DNA of 64,000 nucleotides from Escherichia coli (GTDB lineage Bacteria; Pseudomonadota; Gammaproteobacteria; Enterobacterales; Enterobacteriaceae): NCBI RefSeq assembly GCF_046105845.1, contig NZ_CP151004.1; one strand, 5' to 3'. Shown piece by piece: positions 63,404 to 64,000 of this stretch (position 1 is its first letter; each line of letters starts with the position of its first letter). The notes under the pieces were generated by a model. It saw only the letters and a program-made list of their open reading frames with translations, ran no database searches and was not told where the DNA came from. The position numbers and the translations under genes were made by a program.

Positions 63404-63447
63404 TTGCGACCTTTGAATCCGGGATACAGTAGAGGGATAGCGGTTAG

Positions 63448-64000
<553 letters not shown>

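Overview
This window is a contiguous stretch of Escherichia coli chromosome running from the 3' part of nuoC to the 5' part of gyrA, in the opposite orientation to the usual K-12 convention. All gene names rest on my reading of the translated ORFs against remembered protein families; no database search was run. Gene order is nuoC-N (NADH dehydrogenase I), yfbM, yfbL, elaD, rbn, elaA, elaB, menFDHBCE (menaquinone), pmrD, arnFETDACB (lipid A aminoarabinose modification), ais, nudI, yfaZ, yfaY, rhmRDTA (L-rhamnonate), rpnE/yfaD, glpCBA, glpTQ, an AT-rich islet with an uncharacterised 356-aa ORF, a LysR regulator with a divergent MFS transporter, inaA, yfaE, nrdBA, yfaL, ubiG and gyrA. No rRNA, tRNA, CRISPR array, IS element or prophage was seen. 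Almost all of this is well-known core metabolism. The most plausible place for anything undescribed is the roughly 3.6 kb between glpQ and inaA, above all the AT-rich ORFan at 49627-50697; the AT-rich elaD islet is the second candidate. From memory, the strain differs from K-12 MG1655 by lacking yfbK and yfbN-yfbP and by carrying that glpQ-inaA block intact.
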